From a virus (Duplodnaviria > Caudoviricetes), in IMG/VR virus record IMGVR_UViG_3300024331_000207, positions 1-64,000 of that record: a stretch of DNA of 64,000 bases. The stretch is one strand, 5' to 3'. The position numbers and the translations under genes are program-made. Numbering within the stretch: the first letter of the stretch is position 1; each line of letters starts with the position of its first letter. The notes below the pieces were generated by a model. It was not told where the DNA came from. It saw only the letters and a list, made by a program, of their open reading frames with translations, and did no database searches. Shown piece after piece: positions 29,901 to 39,923 of this stretch.

Positions 29901-32248
29901 ACCTGGCCACCGCGCTGCATGACAACCTGACCAACGCCATGGCGACGGCCGCGTTCGCCGCCTCCGGCGGGCAGAAGGCGTTCACTGATTTCGCCACCGC
30001 GATCGACACGACAGGCAAGAACTCCGTCGCGGACATCCAGACCGGCACGAAGCTGGTGCAGAGCCTGATCACGCAGACGGGCAGCGCGCAGCAGGCGCAC
30101 GACATGTTCATCCTGTTCGCCAAGCAGGCGCTGCACCTGACCACGACCGAGGCGAACACGCTGTGGACCGAGATCGACGCCCAGCTGATCCCCGCGGTCG
30201 CCAAGAGCGGCACCACTGCCGCGGCGTCCTCCCAGCAGATCAGCGACACCTTCCTGAAGACCCTGACCGCGATCCACGGCCTGTCCCCGCAGCTGGATTC
30301 CGACGTGAGCGCCTTCACCACGGCGGTGCAGAAGACCGGCGACACCTCAACCCGGACCCAGGGCGCGCGCGCCCAGCTGATCAAGGACCTGGAGAAGGCC
30401 GGCTACAGCGCGCAGGCGGCGGCGGGCCTGGTGGACGGCCTGCAGGCGCAGATCAACAACCTGCACGGCAAGAACGTCAACTTCGTGATGACCGGCCAGG
30501 GCGCGGGGCAGCTGTACTTCAACGCGACCACGGGCGTCGGCGGCAGCATCAGCGGCGGCCTGAAGTTCCTGGCCGGCGGCGGCCACGTCGCCGGGCCGGG
30601 CGGGCCGACGAGCGACGTCATCCCGATCATGGCGTCGTCGGGCGAGTACGTGATCAACGCGAAGTCCGCGAAGAAGCTCGGGCTGGCGCAGCTGGACGCG
30701 CTGAACAAGTACGCCGGCGGCGGCCTGGTGGGCGGGAACTTCGCCGCGTTCGAGGCGGGGGCCGGCGCGGGCCTGAACAGGGCGTCGAACTTCATCGCCG
30801 GCAACGAGCTTGCCTGGGGCGAGGACGTGGCCCGCAACTGGGCGGCCAAGGTGATCGCCGCCGTCAAGGCGAAGCTCGCCGCCGCGGCGGCCAAGGTGGC
30901 GGCCGGCACCCCGGTGGCCTGGAGCAAGGTCGCCGGGGTGACCCAGTGGGAGGGCGTCGCGCTGCAGGCGCTGTCACTGCTCGGGCTGCCCGCCAGCGAC
31001 CTGCCCACCGTAATGGCACAGATTCTCACAGAATCTGGCGGAAATCCGAACGCAATCAACCTGACGGACATCAACGCCCAGCAGGGCGATCCGTCACGCG
31101 GGTTGCTCCAGGTCATCGGTACCACTTTCGCCGCGTACAGGAACGCTGGCCTCAGTAGCAACATCTACGACCCGCTGGCCAACATCTACGCCGGCCTGAA
31201 CTACGCCATCCACCGCTACGGCAACCCCGGCTGGCTCGGCGTGCTCGGCCACGGACACGGCTACGGCTACGGCGGCCAGGTGATGGACTCCGGCGGCTGG
31301 CTGCCGCCGGGCCGCTCGCTGGTGTGGAACCGCACCGGCGGCTACGAGCACCTGTCCCGGGATGCCGGCAGCGAGGCCGCCGGCGGCTGGCACGCCAGCC
31401 TCGACGACGTGTGCACGAAGCTCGATGCGCTGATCGGCGTCACCGGCCAGCAGGGGCGCAGCTTCGCCGGCGCGCTGAACGGCACCGCCGCCTCGGCGGG
31501 CACCCGCGGCTCTTACAGCACCCGCCGTTTATTACTCACCAGTAACCGGGAGAAGGTGACATCCAGTGGCCACTTCTGCCTGGGACAGCCTCGTCATCGG
31601 CGAGGCCATCGAGCTGATGGGGCCCCCCGGCGGCATCCCCTCGGTCAACCCGATGTGCCCCGGCGCCGTCTTCCGCATCCAGCCGCCGTTCTCCCTCGAC
31701 GCCCCCCAGCCGACGACCGATTTCGTCGCCACCTTGATCCTCGACGGCGAGCGGCCGTTCGGCGACCGCGCGTCGGACCGCACGATCACCCTGAATGTGC
31801 TGATCCTCGCGCCGGACTACAAGACCCTGGCCGGCGCGCGCGAGCTGCTGCTGAAGACCATCGACGACCCGCACTGGCCGCTGACCTGGACCCGGGCATC
31901 GGGCGCGGACCCGCAGACGCTGCCGATGGTACTGGACTGCTTCCGCGCCCAGCCGTCGGTGCTGCCGCTGGGCGGCCCGGAAGATTACCGGGTGCAGGGC
32001 CGGGCTTCCTACGAGGCCCTGGTCACGGTCAAGTTCGAGGCGCTGCCCTACGGCCGCTCCAGCACCCAGCAGCAGATCGCGTTCGCCGCACCCATCGCGA
32101 CGATCAACGGCCCCGGCACGCCGCCCGCGCCCGTGGTGCTGGACGCCTTCAGCACCATCAACAGCCCGCAGTGCTCGCAGTCAGCCAAGTGTATCGTCGG
32201 CCCGAACACCTGCTACTGGGACCCTGCAGTCCCCCCGTTCAGCCGTGA
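26984..32248 (+). CDS. tape measure protein with C-terminal lytic transglycosylase; native-looking sequence ends ~31528
   Basis: LAEAFVRIRPDTDGF N-terminus, long Ala-rich helix, ESGGNPNAIN...RGLLQ...IYDPLANIYAGLNYA. Confidence 0.9.
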   Translation: MAIPGSAGSFALAEAFVRIRPDTDGFRRDADAQLKREMAGDKVTVPVHAEVDISDLRRQLGTITVTEAVTAPDPGKITAALQILKQKMSALGIADIADVNVDPGKIAQSLQRMKILLQRVPGGSLPGLADMMDINIPVSTITTQLERIKNILNKASGQSAVADLLDVNLNTAQVQAGINKIQKAFAALAPGETIPLGLSDPGVLNSINAVRQAIGSLEGSQGNVVLPTAVFPPGELNQLTLFGDEIQKLKTESGTGWNWAATVTGFQNTGQAASNAATILEEWLAANENATTGLKDLDAELKEKPGDLGAAGGAAKATGDKFLLLGRTIVANVGWWTLLHAGIDLAAESLIAVVGAALAAATGIAALVPVMTDIYNHIHAVNQVNSALGDQIPVLGANFRNFAESLGTASAGAELYGQAVTAISGKTGVLAQSAAAVITVFEDWAAKIAIWLQAQNNFGTVLNQGRGYLVQFGQILANLFIAIDNLIKADPGVVHFFLDFVNGLATLFRIATSIPQPVLQIALGLHAVYLYGKLAGGVLSAIGFVMGGPLGKAIGTFGNLLRDLARNPALLLIGATALGIANNWNTATPQITGDINKINTALSQMTASQAIATIPRFIGQLSAALNNVSTAQAEKGFESFRGTLQAAGDNIQVIGHDLSDSVNIHKTFEQQAVAAWHAVYQATFGGLNTTAQATQEVGNTTARVHAEIAKLLTDEAGLLKVVGDLSAGTVTASHATYTYAQSLALMDLAGVKAGDSQQLAEQKVRGLLQGYEALSVQGPILAASVNAVTLATEQQQSQITALNQGWDAFFNLVSGGVSDMYAFEANLKTLDTQAGVSTKNLGLLSQGALTTGQDFIQSAQGANQMADQITSMVSAAGLGAHGTDLITASVKDYVALLLPAAKGSADFTSILYSMAQRGGYTGANSFQELSKWVATASGTVKAMGASGGPAQQLQGTMTALTGDVGNLTTDVQNLATALHDNLTNAMATAAFAASGGQKAFTDFATAIDTTGKNSVADIQTGTKLVQSLITQTGSAQQAHDMFILFAKQALHLTTTEANTLWTEIDAQLIPAVAKSGTTAAASSQQISDTFLKTLTAIHGLSPQLDSDVSAFTTAVQKTGDTSTRTQGARAQLIKDLEKAGYSAQAAAGLVDGLQAQINNLHGKNVNFVMTGQGAGQLYFNATTGVGGSISGGLKFLAGGGHVAGPGGPTSDVIPIMASSGEYVINAKSAKKLGLAQLDALNKYAGGGLVGGNFAAFEAGAGAGLNRASNFIAGNELAWGEDVARNWAAKVIAAVKAKLAAAAAKVAAGTPVAWSKVAGVTQWEGVALQALSLLGLPASDLPTVMAQILTESGGNPNAINLTDINAQQGDPSRGLLQVIGTTFAAYRNAGLSSNIYDPLANIYAGLNYAIHRYGNPGWLGVLGHGHGYGYGGQVMDSGGWLPPGRSLVWNRTGGYEHLSRDAGSEAAGGWHASLDDVCTKLDALIGVTGQQGRSFAGALNGTAASAGTRGSYSTRRLLLTSNREKVTSSGHFCLGQPRHRRGHRADGAPRRHPLGQPDVPRRRLPHPAAVLPRRPPADDRFRRHLDPRRRAAVRRPRVGPHDHPECADPRAGLQDPGRRARAAAEDHRRPALAADLDPGIGRGPADAADGTGLLPRPAVGAAAGRPGRLPGAGPGFLRGPGHGQVRGAALRPLQHPAADRVRRTHRDDQRPRHAARARGAGRLQHHQQPAVLAVSQVYRRPEHLLLGPCSPPVQP

Positions 32249-34793
32249 CGACGGAGCCAACTGCCCGCTGACCTACAGCGCCTCGCTGGGGTCGGCGGTG
32301 AGCCTGGCCGGCATGACCGGGCTGTCGCTGTGGCTGGGCCTAGGCAGCCGCTATTACTTCAACATGCACCCGCGCGGCTGCGCCCGGGTGATCCTCTCCT
32401 ACAGCCTCACCGACAGCAGCAACCGGACGCTGTCCTGGTCGGAGAAAAGCATCTGGCTGCCGGTCTCCGATGACCCGACGAACCCGTCGTTCACCTACGT
32501 GACGGCCCGCATCCCGCAGACTAGCGCCACGTTCAACTACGCGGCGGTGACCGCCTACTCGCTGACCATCACCAACCGCGCCCCGCGCTATGACACCCCG
32601 GGCGGCGAGCTGCGCTACATCGTCGCCTACCTGGACGCGCTGACCGCGTACTCGTCCTCGACGGCCATCGCCGCCCCCTCCACGCGGGGCAGCGTGTACT
32701 ACCTCAACGGAGTCGTCGGCACGCACCGCGCCCCGGTGTCGCTGCAGTTCCAGGGTCCCCCGCAGCCGGGGACCGTCACGACGGTCACCGGCACCGGTGC
32801 GAGCACCTACACCGTGCCGGCCGGGACGCTCTACCTGAAGGTGGAGGCCACCGGCGGCGGCGGGGCGGGCGCGACCCAGACCGTCAGCGGGTTCGGCGGC
32901 GGCGGCGGCGGTGCCGAGTACGCATCCGAGCCGAAGTTCGCGGCTACCGCCGGCCAGGTCATCCCCTATCAGGTCGGCGCCGGGGACACGGCAGGCGCCT
33001 CGGCCAGCTTCGGCCGGCCCACCACGTTCGGGCCGGCCCCCGGCGGAACCGTGACGGTGATCGCGAACGGCGGCACCTCGGCAGCGCAGAACTCCACCGC
33101 AGGGGGCGCTGGCGGTACCGGGTCGGGCAACTCGGTGCACTTCAACGGCGGGGCCGGCCGGACAGCGTCAGGGTCGGTCGGCGGCGGCGGCGGCTCATCC
33201 GGCGGCAATTCCAGCGCAGGCCTCACCCCGACCGGCACCGCCGCCGTCGTGTTCACCAGCCCCGGGACGACCACCTGGACCTGCCCGGCGGGCGTTACCA
33301 CCGTATTCGCCGAGTGCTGGGGCAGCGGCGGGTCGGCGGGCACCGGCTACAGCGGCGGCAACGGCTGCGGCGGCTCCGGCGGCGAGTACGCGGCCCAGAA
33401 CGTCGCCGTCACGCCCGGGAACAACTACAGCTACACGGTCGCCGCGGGCGGCACCAGCGTGACCGGTACCCAGCTGTCCGGCCACAACGGGGCCAGCTCG
33501 ACCTTCACCGGGGACAGCGGGGTGACCGTCACCGCGCACGGCGGCCTGGCCGGCCCGGCGAACAACTCCCAGACCGGCCCCGCGGGCGGGTCTGGGAGCA
33601 CCAACGCGGTGCACTTCAACGGCGGCGCCGGCGGCGGCGGCGCGTACGCGGGCGCCGGCGGCGGCTCCTCGGCGGGCAGTGCCGCAGCCGGCAACCCGGG
33701 CAGCAATGGCGGCTCCGGCGGGACGGCGCCGACCGGCGGCGGCAACGGCGGCGCGGGAACCGGCCAGTCCGGCGGCAACGGCTCGGCCGGCATGGCTCCC
33801 GGCGGCGGCGGCGGCGGGACCTACTTCGGCTCCACGACTTCCGGCGCGGGCGCGAACGGCCAGGTCCGGCTGACCTACCCCGGCGGCGCGCCGACCAACA
33901 ACGGCGCCGCCGCGGTCGCCGGCGGCGGTGCCGGCGGCGCGGGCGGCGGCTCGTCCAACACTCCCGGCACGGCCGGCTCGCAGCCGGGCGGCGGCGGAGG
34001 AGGCGGCGACTCGGCCGGCTCCACCGAGGCGGGCGGCGCGGGCGGCGCGGGCAAGCTCATCGTCACCCCCTACACCAGTGCGGCGTTCAAGACGCTGATC
34101 GCGCACCGGCCGGGCCGGTGGTCGCCGGTCCAGCTCAACCCGTTCGTGCCGGTCGGGGCCGGCCTGGTCGCGCCGGGGTCCACCGAGTACACGGTGCCAT
34201 CGCTGGTGACCGGGGTCAATGCCGACTTCAACGGCACCTACACCGTGCTGCTGACCAACTTCTCGTTCAACAGCCCCAGCTCGTCGCGGACGGTAACGGT
34301 GACCGTCCGGCAGTACGAGGCCAGTGGCGGCGCGCACTACGACACTGCGGTCTCCGCCACGTTCATCCCGAACACGCAGGCCATCAACGGGCTGCTCGTC
34401 GTGGGCACGCTGACGCTGCCGCTGAAGGCGGTCGCCGCCGACAACACGGCCGGCTACTACACGGTGCTGGTCGGCGACACCAACTCAAGCGACAGGTGGT
34501 ACGACTGCCTGTTCCTGGACACCCAGGGGCAGACGATCATCCTCAACGAGCCGACGACGGGATACATCAACTACTACTTCGACGAGCCCGACCCCTGCCA
34601 CGACCTCGGCAATTACCTGGGCAGCCAGGTCGGCCGGCCGCAGGCCATCTCGGTCATGGACGCGCTGACGGTCAGCGGCGGCCCGCTCACCATCGAGCCG
34701 GGCCAGAACACCCTGATGGCGTACGCGCAGGAGGGCGCGCCGTCCATCGCCGTCACATACTGGCCTAGGTGGCATGCTGAGAGACTAGAGTAA
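31566..34793 (+). CDS. minor tail protein with glycine-rich insertions
   Basis: follows tape measure; two TxTxPAG...E..G.GG repeats, poly-Gly; IEPGQNTL C-terminus. Confidence 0.75.
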   Translation: MATSAWDSLVIGEAIELMGPPGGIPSVNPMCPGAVFRIQPPFSLDAPQPTTDFVATLILDGERPFGDRASDRTITLNVLILAPDYKTLAGARELLLKTIDDPHWPLTWTRASGADPQTLPMVLDCFRAQPSVLPLGGPEDYRVQGRASYEALVTVKFEALPYGRSSTQQQIAFAAPIATINGPGTPPAPVVLDAFSTINSPQCSQSAKCIVGPNTCYWDPAVPPFSRDDGANCPLTYSASLGSAVSLAGMTGLSLWLGLGSRYYFNMHPRGCARVILSYSLTDSSNRTLSWSEKSIWLPVSDDPTNPSFTYVTARIPQTSATFNYAAVTAYSLTITNRAPRYDTPGGELRYIVAYLDALTAYSSSTAIAAPSTRGSVYYLNGVVGTHRAPVSLQFQGPPQPGTVTTVTGTGASTYTVPAGTLYLKVEATGGGGAGATQTVSGFGGGGGGAEYASEPKFAATAGQVIPYQVGAGDTAGASASFGRPTTFGPAPGGTVTVIANGGTSAAQNSTAGGAGGTGSGNSVHFNGGAGRTASGSVGGGGGSSGGNSSAGLTPTGTAAVVFTSPGTTTWTCPAGVTTVFAECWGSGGSAGTGYSGGNGCGGSGGEYAAQNVAVTPGNNYSYTVAAGGTSVTGTQLSGHNGASSTFTGDSGVTVTAHGGLAGPANNSQTGPAGGSGSTNAVHFNGGAGGGGAYAGAGGGSSAGSAAAGNPGSNGGSGGTAPTGGGNGGAGTGQSGGNGSAGMAPGGGGGGTYFGSTTSGAGANGQVRLTYPGGAPTNNGAAAVAGGGAGGAGGGSSNTPGTAGSQPGGGGGGGDSAGSTEAGGAGGAGKLIVTPYTSAAFKTLIAHRPGRWSPVQLNPFVPVGAGLVAPGSTEYTVPSLVTGVNADFNGTYTVLLTNFSFNSPSSSRTVTVTVRQYEASGGAHYDTAVSATFIPNTQAINGLLVVGTLTLPLKAVAADNTAGYYTVLVGDTNSSDRWYDCLFLDTQGQTIILNEPTTGYINYYFDEPDPCHDLGNYLGSQVGRPQAISVMDALTVSGGPLTIEPGQNTLMAYAQEGAPSIAVTYWPRWHAERLE

Positions 34794-34858
34794 CCAGAGG
34801 CTCTTGTGATTCCTGTTACAGGGCTACATCCAGCTGCGTCCAGGGTAGGCGATCCCTG

Positions 34859-36013
34859 ATGGCCCTGCAGAGAACAGACGCGACACAAATAGTCACCTAT
34901 AGCACCGCCGGGCTGCCGAGCCTGACGCAGCCGCGGTGGCTCGGCCAGATCGGGCACGTCAACCAGCTGAAGTACTCCTGGACGCTGCCGGGCGGCCCGG
35001 ACCAGCTCAGCTGCACCCTGATGGTGCCGGCCAGCACCCGGACCGACGCGATGAACCCCGGCCGCATCGTGCAGGCCTACCGCGGCGGCGTCGTGATCTG
35101 GGAAGGCATCCTGAACGAGCCGGTCCCCACCTCCTCGGGGTGGAACATCTCCGCCGTCGGGGCCGGGAACTACGGCACCAACTACGTCGCCCTGTACAGC
35201 AGCACCTGGCCGGCGGGCGAGCCGGACCAGGCGGTTAACCAGGCCATCACCCGCGGGCTGCGCTGGGTCAACCCCGGCATCGGCACCCCGTCGGGAATCT
35301 GGCTCGGCCAGGCGGTCGACTCCGGCGCGCAGACTATCACCGACCTGCTCAACCTGTGCTGCACCCTCGGCGGGCTGACCTGGCAGGTGGACACGACGCA
35401 GGCCCAGGGCAACGTGCTGTCACTGTTCGCGCTGCCGACCGCGGTGAACCGGCTGCTGCTGGTCCGGCAGCCCGCGGCCCGCACCCTCGGCGGCGACATC
35501 AACGTCATCTGGATTCGCTACCAGACCGCGGCGGACAACACGACGACCGGCGCGAACGCCACCTTCGCCGTCACGTCGGCCTCCAACGCCGCCTCGGTGG
35601 CGCTGCACGGCACCCGCGAGGCCTACATGGACCTGTCCGACGCCGGCACCCTGTCCGCGGGAGCGGCCCAGGCGGTGGGCAGCTCGGTCCTGCAGCGCTA
35701 CCAGCGGGCCAGTTTCGCCGGGCCGTTCGCGGCCGGGCCGGGGGACATCATGACGACCGGCGGCGAGGGCATGGACCTGGGCATCAATCACGCCGGGACG
35801 GTGATGCAGCTGCTGCTCACCGACTACGGCTACGGCGGCGAGGTGAGCCTGGGCCCGGTCAGCTTCCTGGTCGGCGGCTACGCCTATGACGACGACACGC
35901 TGACTGGCACCGTGACCCCGTTCCAGTACCTCGACCTGTCCCTGAGCGGCCTGATGGCCGCGGCGGTCACCGGGCTGCCGCGGCCGGCGTCCGTCGCCGC
36001 CCCGCCCGCCTGA
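34859..36013 (+). CDS. minor tail protein (hub-like)
   Basis: position; YRGGVVIWEGIL. Confidence 0.65.
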   Translation: MALQRTDATQIVTYSTAGLPSLTQPRWLGQIGHVNQLKYSWTLPGGPDQLSCTLMVPASTRTDAMNPGRIVQAYRGGVVIWEGILNEPVPTSSGWNISAVGAGNYGTNYVALYSSTWPAGEPDQAVNQAITRGLRWVNPGIGTPSGIWLGQAVDSGAQTITDLLNLCCTLGGLTWQVDTTQAQGNVLSLFALPTAVNRLLLVRQPAARTLGGDINVIWIRYQTAADNTTTGANATFAVTSASNAASVALHGTREAYMDLSDAGTLSAGAAQAVGSSVLQRYQRASFAGPFAAGPGDIMTTGGEGMDLGINHAGTVMQLLLTDYGYGGEVSLGPVSFLVGGYAYDDDTLTGTVTPFQYLDLSLSGLMAAAVTGLPRPASVAAPPA

Positions 36014-36025
36014 GCAAGGAGAAGA

Positions 36026-36979
36026 ATGAAGCGCATCGCCGCACAGCTCGCCGCCGCCATCCCCCTGCTGGTGCTGCACGGCGCCCTCGGGTTCCTGGCC
36101 CTGATCGCGTACGTGACGGTCACCGCCGGCGTCAGCATTGCCGACACGTCCAAGACGCGCGCTACCGAGGCCCGGGTCAACGGGATCGTCACGCAGCTCG
36201 GCACCACCAACTCCAACGTGACCGCGGCGCAGACCACGGCGAACAACGCGCTGCCCAAGTCCGGCGGCACGATCTCCGGCAACCTGACCGTGACAGGCAG
36301 CGTCACAGTGGACACCAACCTGGGAGTGCAGGGCGGCACGACGCTGGTAGGCGACAGCAGCTGCTCCGGGAACTGGACCTCGGGCGGCAGCACCACCGTG
36401 GACACCAACCTGGGCGTGCATGGCAACGTCTCGATAACGAACGGCCAGACGCTCAGCGTGTCCGGCGGCATCATGCCCCAGAGCGAGCCGGGCGGCGTCA
36501 GCTCGCCGCCCAACGGCACCGGCGGCACCTCTCAGTACGCCGGCAACTTCTACACCGGCAGCGGGGCCAGCAGCTGGGCCATCGCGATCACGAACGCGCA
36601 CAACTCACTGCTCACCACGCTGGTTAACGCGGGCGTGCTCAACTAAAGGGAGACGGGCATGGCGGTCTTCAACGCCCAGAACGCCTCGGCGGCGCAGATT
36701 ATCACGCAGGTACAGGTGGCGCTGGCCCAGTTCCGGACCGCGCTCCAGGTGGCCGGGAGCCTGTACGGCTGGTCGGCCGGCGTCGCGCTGAACGACCTGA
36801 CCGCCGCCCCGCCGGACGGCCCCGGCATGGCCCAGGCCGACGCCCAGGACCTGCTGTCGGCTATCGCGGACGCGAACGGGCTGCTGGCCCTGTTCACCAC
36901 CGGCACCGACCCGCGCAACCCGGGCGCCGGATACAACTACGGCGCCAGCGTGCGCCGGGTCATCGGCCCCCGGGTGTAG
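36026..36979 (+). CDS. two hypothetical tail-associated proteins (36026-36646 fibre-like; 36659-36979)
   Basis: RBSs; GGTISGNLTVTG and duplicated TVDTNLGV segment. Confidence 0.6.
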
Positions 36980-37189
36980 GGCGAGATGGGCAGGCTCAGG
37001 CTCCGGCCCAGGCCCGCGAAAGCCGGGGCCGGGCACCGGCACCGCTTCACCGAAGAGGTCAGGAGGGTGCGTGCCAGGACCCGCGGCGAGTACGACGTCA
37101 CCCGGCGCTGCAGCGTCAGCGGGTGCACCGAGGAGAAGGTCTTCACCGAGACGGAGTGATCAGCTGACCAGCGAGAGGAGGTGAGGCAA

Positions 37190-37360
37190 ATGGGGAGCAT
37201 CGGAGCATACGCGAAGTCGCTCGTGGCACTCACCTCGGGTGTCCTGACGGCACTGGCCCCGTACTACGGCAGCGAGAAGTGGTTCGCCGCCCTCACGGCG
37301 GGGCTCGGCGTGATCCTTGTCTACGCCATCCCGAACCAGAAGCCGCCCGGCTCCGTGTGA
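37190..37360 (+). CDS. putative holin (56 aa, two TM helices; not in ORF track)
   Basis: MGSIGAYAKSLVALTSGVLTALAPYYGSEKWFAALTAGLGVILVYAIPNQKPPGSV; GAGGAGGTGA RBS. Confidence 0.65.
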   Translation: MGSIGAYAKSLVALTSGVLTALAPYYGSEKWFAALTAGLGVILVYAIPNQKPPGSV

Positions 37361-37375
37361 GAACGGGATGCAAGC

Positions 37376-37415
37376 GCCCCGCCTGCGAGTTGCGGCCTCG
37401 CGGGCGGGGCATTTT
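37376..37415 (+). terminator. intrinsic terminator ending the structural arm
   Basis: GCCCCGCCTGCGAG...CTCGCGGGCGGGGC ATTTT. Confidence 0.7.
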
Positions 37416-37750
37416 CGCGTCCCCGGGTACCGGGCCTTCCCGGGTCAGCCGGCCGCGCCCGCTGCGTTGATCCGCGCCTTCGGGGCTGCTCTCTGCACGT
37501 CCCCGGGGACAGGACGGAGCCTAGCACGCCGCGCATGCTTAGCGCACTGTAGCGCGTGTTGCCCCGAATGCAGGGCAGAGCGGGGCAACGGGGGGTATCG
37601 TGCGGCTAGTCCGGGGAGGGCGGCCGGCTGGCACTGGCCGCCCTCCCGCCACCGTCCCGTGAAGGGGACTGCCTTGATAAGTTCTACCGTGCCGCGGCGG
37701 CAGTATGCGCCGCCGGACCCGATTCGTGACGAAATCGTCAGGGCCTCGTC

Positions 37751-38521
37751 ATGACTGCCACCCGGACGCCCGGCAGGCACCGGGCTCAGCAGGTGCCCGG
37801 GCCGGTCACGGCGGCGATGGCGGTTATCGGGAAGCCGCGCGGCCGGGCGGCCGAGCTGGCGCTGCGCGCCTGGCCGGCGCTGCCGGCGCTGGCGCTGGCC
37901 CGCTGCGCGATGCACCGGGAGCTGGCGGGCTACGCCGATGCCGTGCTCGGCTACGACGCCCTGCTGTGCCTGCTGGCCTGCCTGGCGGTCACCCCGTTCC
38001 TGACAGCGGCGAAGCTGCGCATCGCAAAGCTCCGGTGGTGGTACGGCATCTGGGTTTTCGTGCTCGGGTTCGCCGGGCTCATGGTGCACCTGCTCGCCAT
38101 GCCGGGCGCGTACGCGGCCCGCGCGTCAGGCAATGCCGCCAGCTGGAGCGGCCTGCTGATCGTGGTGCTGCTGGCGCCGATGGCGGCGACCTCCACCGCG
38201 GTGGCGCAGAAGGCGCTGGGGACGGAGTGGAAGACCTGGCAGCGCGGGCTGATCTGGGCGGTTGCCGCCGTCACGCTGGCCCACCTGCTGACGATCCGCG
38301 ACTGGCTCACGGCGGCCGCCTACGCAGCGGCGATGGTGCCGCTGATCGTGATGCGCATCCCGCGAGTGCGGCGGTCGGTTAAGCAATGGCGGGGAAACCG
38401 GTACGACACGCGTGGCCTATGGGTTACTCTTGCGATACTTTGCACCGTCCTGGCCGCGGGCGTCACGGTCCTTCTCGCAAGGGAAGGAGCGTCGGTTGCC
38501 TCCGCAATCCGGCTCGCTTAG
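37751..38521 (+). CDS. MsrQ/YedZ-like (ferric reductase-type) membrane protein
   Basis: LAVTP, LRWWYG, LAPMAATS...ALGTEWKTWQR, LAH; 6-7 TM helices. Confidence 0.65.
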   Translation: MTATRTPGRHRAQQVPGPVTAAMAVIGKPRGRAAELALRAWPALPALALARCAMHRELAGYADAVLGYDALLCLLACLAVTPFLTAAKLRIAKLRWWYGIWVFVLGFAGLMVHLLAMPGAYAARASGNAASWSGLLIVVLLAPMAATSTAVAQKALGTEWKTWQRGLIWAVAAVTLAHLLTIRDWLTAAAYAAAMVPLIVMRIPRVRRSVKQWRGNRYDTRGLWVTLAILCTVLAAGVTVLLAREGASVASAIRLA

Positions 38522-38658
38522 CAAGCTCGGGCTGCGGTTTGCAGTCTCGGCGCTCCTGCTGCTGGCGGTCGCACTGTCCGTCGCGGGCACCGCAGCCCTC
38601 GGCGCGTACCAGGTCCGCGAGCAGGGCCGCACGTTCTGGGCCCTGCCGAAGGAGGGAA

Positions 38659-39915
38659 ATGAAGGGAAAGCACCGGCAGCCGGCAAGGCCCCGCGAGAGC
38701 GGGCGGCTGCGGATCGGTATCGCGTACGGAGCGGGAGTGGCACTGGTAGCCCTCGGGGGCATCGCAGTGTCGGCAGCAGTAAGCTCGCCCATCGCCAGCC
38801 AGGCGGCCTCAGCCTCCCGGCAGGCCTCTGAGCAGGCTCTGACGGTCGCCTTCCGCGGCGGCCCGGCGCTTCCGCCCGCCGCGGGGGGCACGGTGAGCCA
38901 GCTCACCGCCAGCCCGGACTGCACGCTGCAGGTCCCGCAGAACCCGCTGTCCGCGCAGGGGCTGATGACCCCGTACGTACTGGGCTCGGCCGGCCGGCAG
39001 TGCAGCGAGGCTAATGAGGGCCTGGCTGCGTTCGTCGAGGCCACCATCTTCGACCCGGCGACCGGCGCGCTGAGCGTCTACGACCCGGCCGTGCGGGACG
39101 CGGGCCAGCCGCTGCTGGGCAGCCCGCCGGACCCGGTGACGCTGCCGCCTGGCGCGGTGGTGACCGTCTGGACCGGCTTCAACGGCAACGTCCTGAAGCT
39201 GACAGGCCCGGGCCACGGCCAGTTCGCCAGCTTCGCGCAGCAGGGCTACGCCAACAGCCCGCAGTTCTACGCGGCCGTGAACGCCGCCGTGCACAGCGGG
39301 AAGACGATCGTGCCCGCGCTCGGCACCGGCAGCGACGGCATGACCTGCCCGTCCACCCGCGACTTCTCGGTGGTGGACCAGGACCAGTCCGACAACACCA
39401 CGGTCGGCTACCCCGCCTACGGGGTGACCAACGGCAGCGACGACGCGCTGCTGCAGCACATCCAGGCCGCGCTCGGCTGCTCCCGGTGGACTGTGGCCGG
39501 CGGCACGTCCGGCGCGCTGGAGGAGCTGCAGGCCGCCTACGCGCAGGCGCCCCCGCAGGCGCTGGTGCCGTCCCTGGACCCGTTCGTGCTGAGCAACGGC
39601 CAGCCCAGCGTGTTCCTGCAGAACCTGTACCGGCTGCAGCTGGACCAGCCGGCGGCCGGCGGGCATGACACGGCAGCGTACTGCCAGAACCTGCTGGCCA
39701 TCGGCGAGCCCCGGCTGAAGGCCGACCAGTCCGCGGACGCCGCCCAGCCGGCCCCGCAGTTCGCGCCGATCGGGACCGACCTGTCCCTGGTGCTGGCCGC
39801 CCGGTTCGAGGCGACATGGGGAAACCTGGACTGCCAGGCGCTGACCGGGCAGTCCTCGCCCATCACGGTGATGACAGACGGCAACGGGGTGGCCGTTTCT
39901 GCCGCCTACGCGTAA
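38659..39915 (+). CDS. secreted or membrane-anchored Cys-containing hypothetical protein
   Basis: N-terminal hydrophobic anchor; CTLQVP-NPLSAQGL, CPSTRDFSVVDQDQSDN; AAGGAGG RBS. Confidence 0.7.
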   Translation: MKGKHRQPARPRESGRLRIGIAYGAGVALVALGGIAVSAAVSSPIASQAASASRQASEQALTVAFRGGPALPPAAGGTVSQLTASPDCTLQVPQNPLSAQGLMTPYVLGSAGRQCSEANEGLAAFVEATIFDPATGALSVYDPAVRDAGQPLLGSPPDPVTLPPGAVVTVWTGFNGNVLKLTGPGHGQFASFAQQGYANSPQFYAAVNAAVHSGKTIVPALGTGSDGMTCPSTRDFSVVDQDQSDNTTVGYPAYGVTNGSDDALLQHIQAALGCSRWTVAGGTSGALEELQAAYAQAPPQALVPSLDPFVLSNGQPSVFLQNLYRLQLDQPAAGGHDTAAYCQNLLAIGEPRLKADQSADAAQPAPQFAPIGTDLSLVLAARFEATWGNLDCQALTGQSSPITVMTDGNGVAVSAAYA

Positions 39916-39923
39916 CCTTCATC

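Noticed and set aside
26729-30277. Long antisense ORFs (also 2494-4113, 10837-12423, 21267-22862)
   Set aside because: Shadow frames of high-GC3 genes on the other strand
9876-32828. Diversity-generating retroelement TR/VR pair
   Set aside because: Only 54 bp, the single mismatch is T/G on the coding strand rather than A-specific, and no reverse transcriptase is in the window
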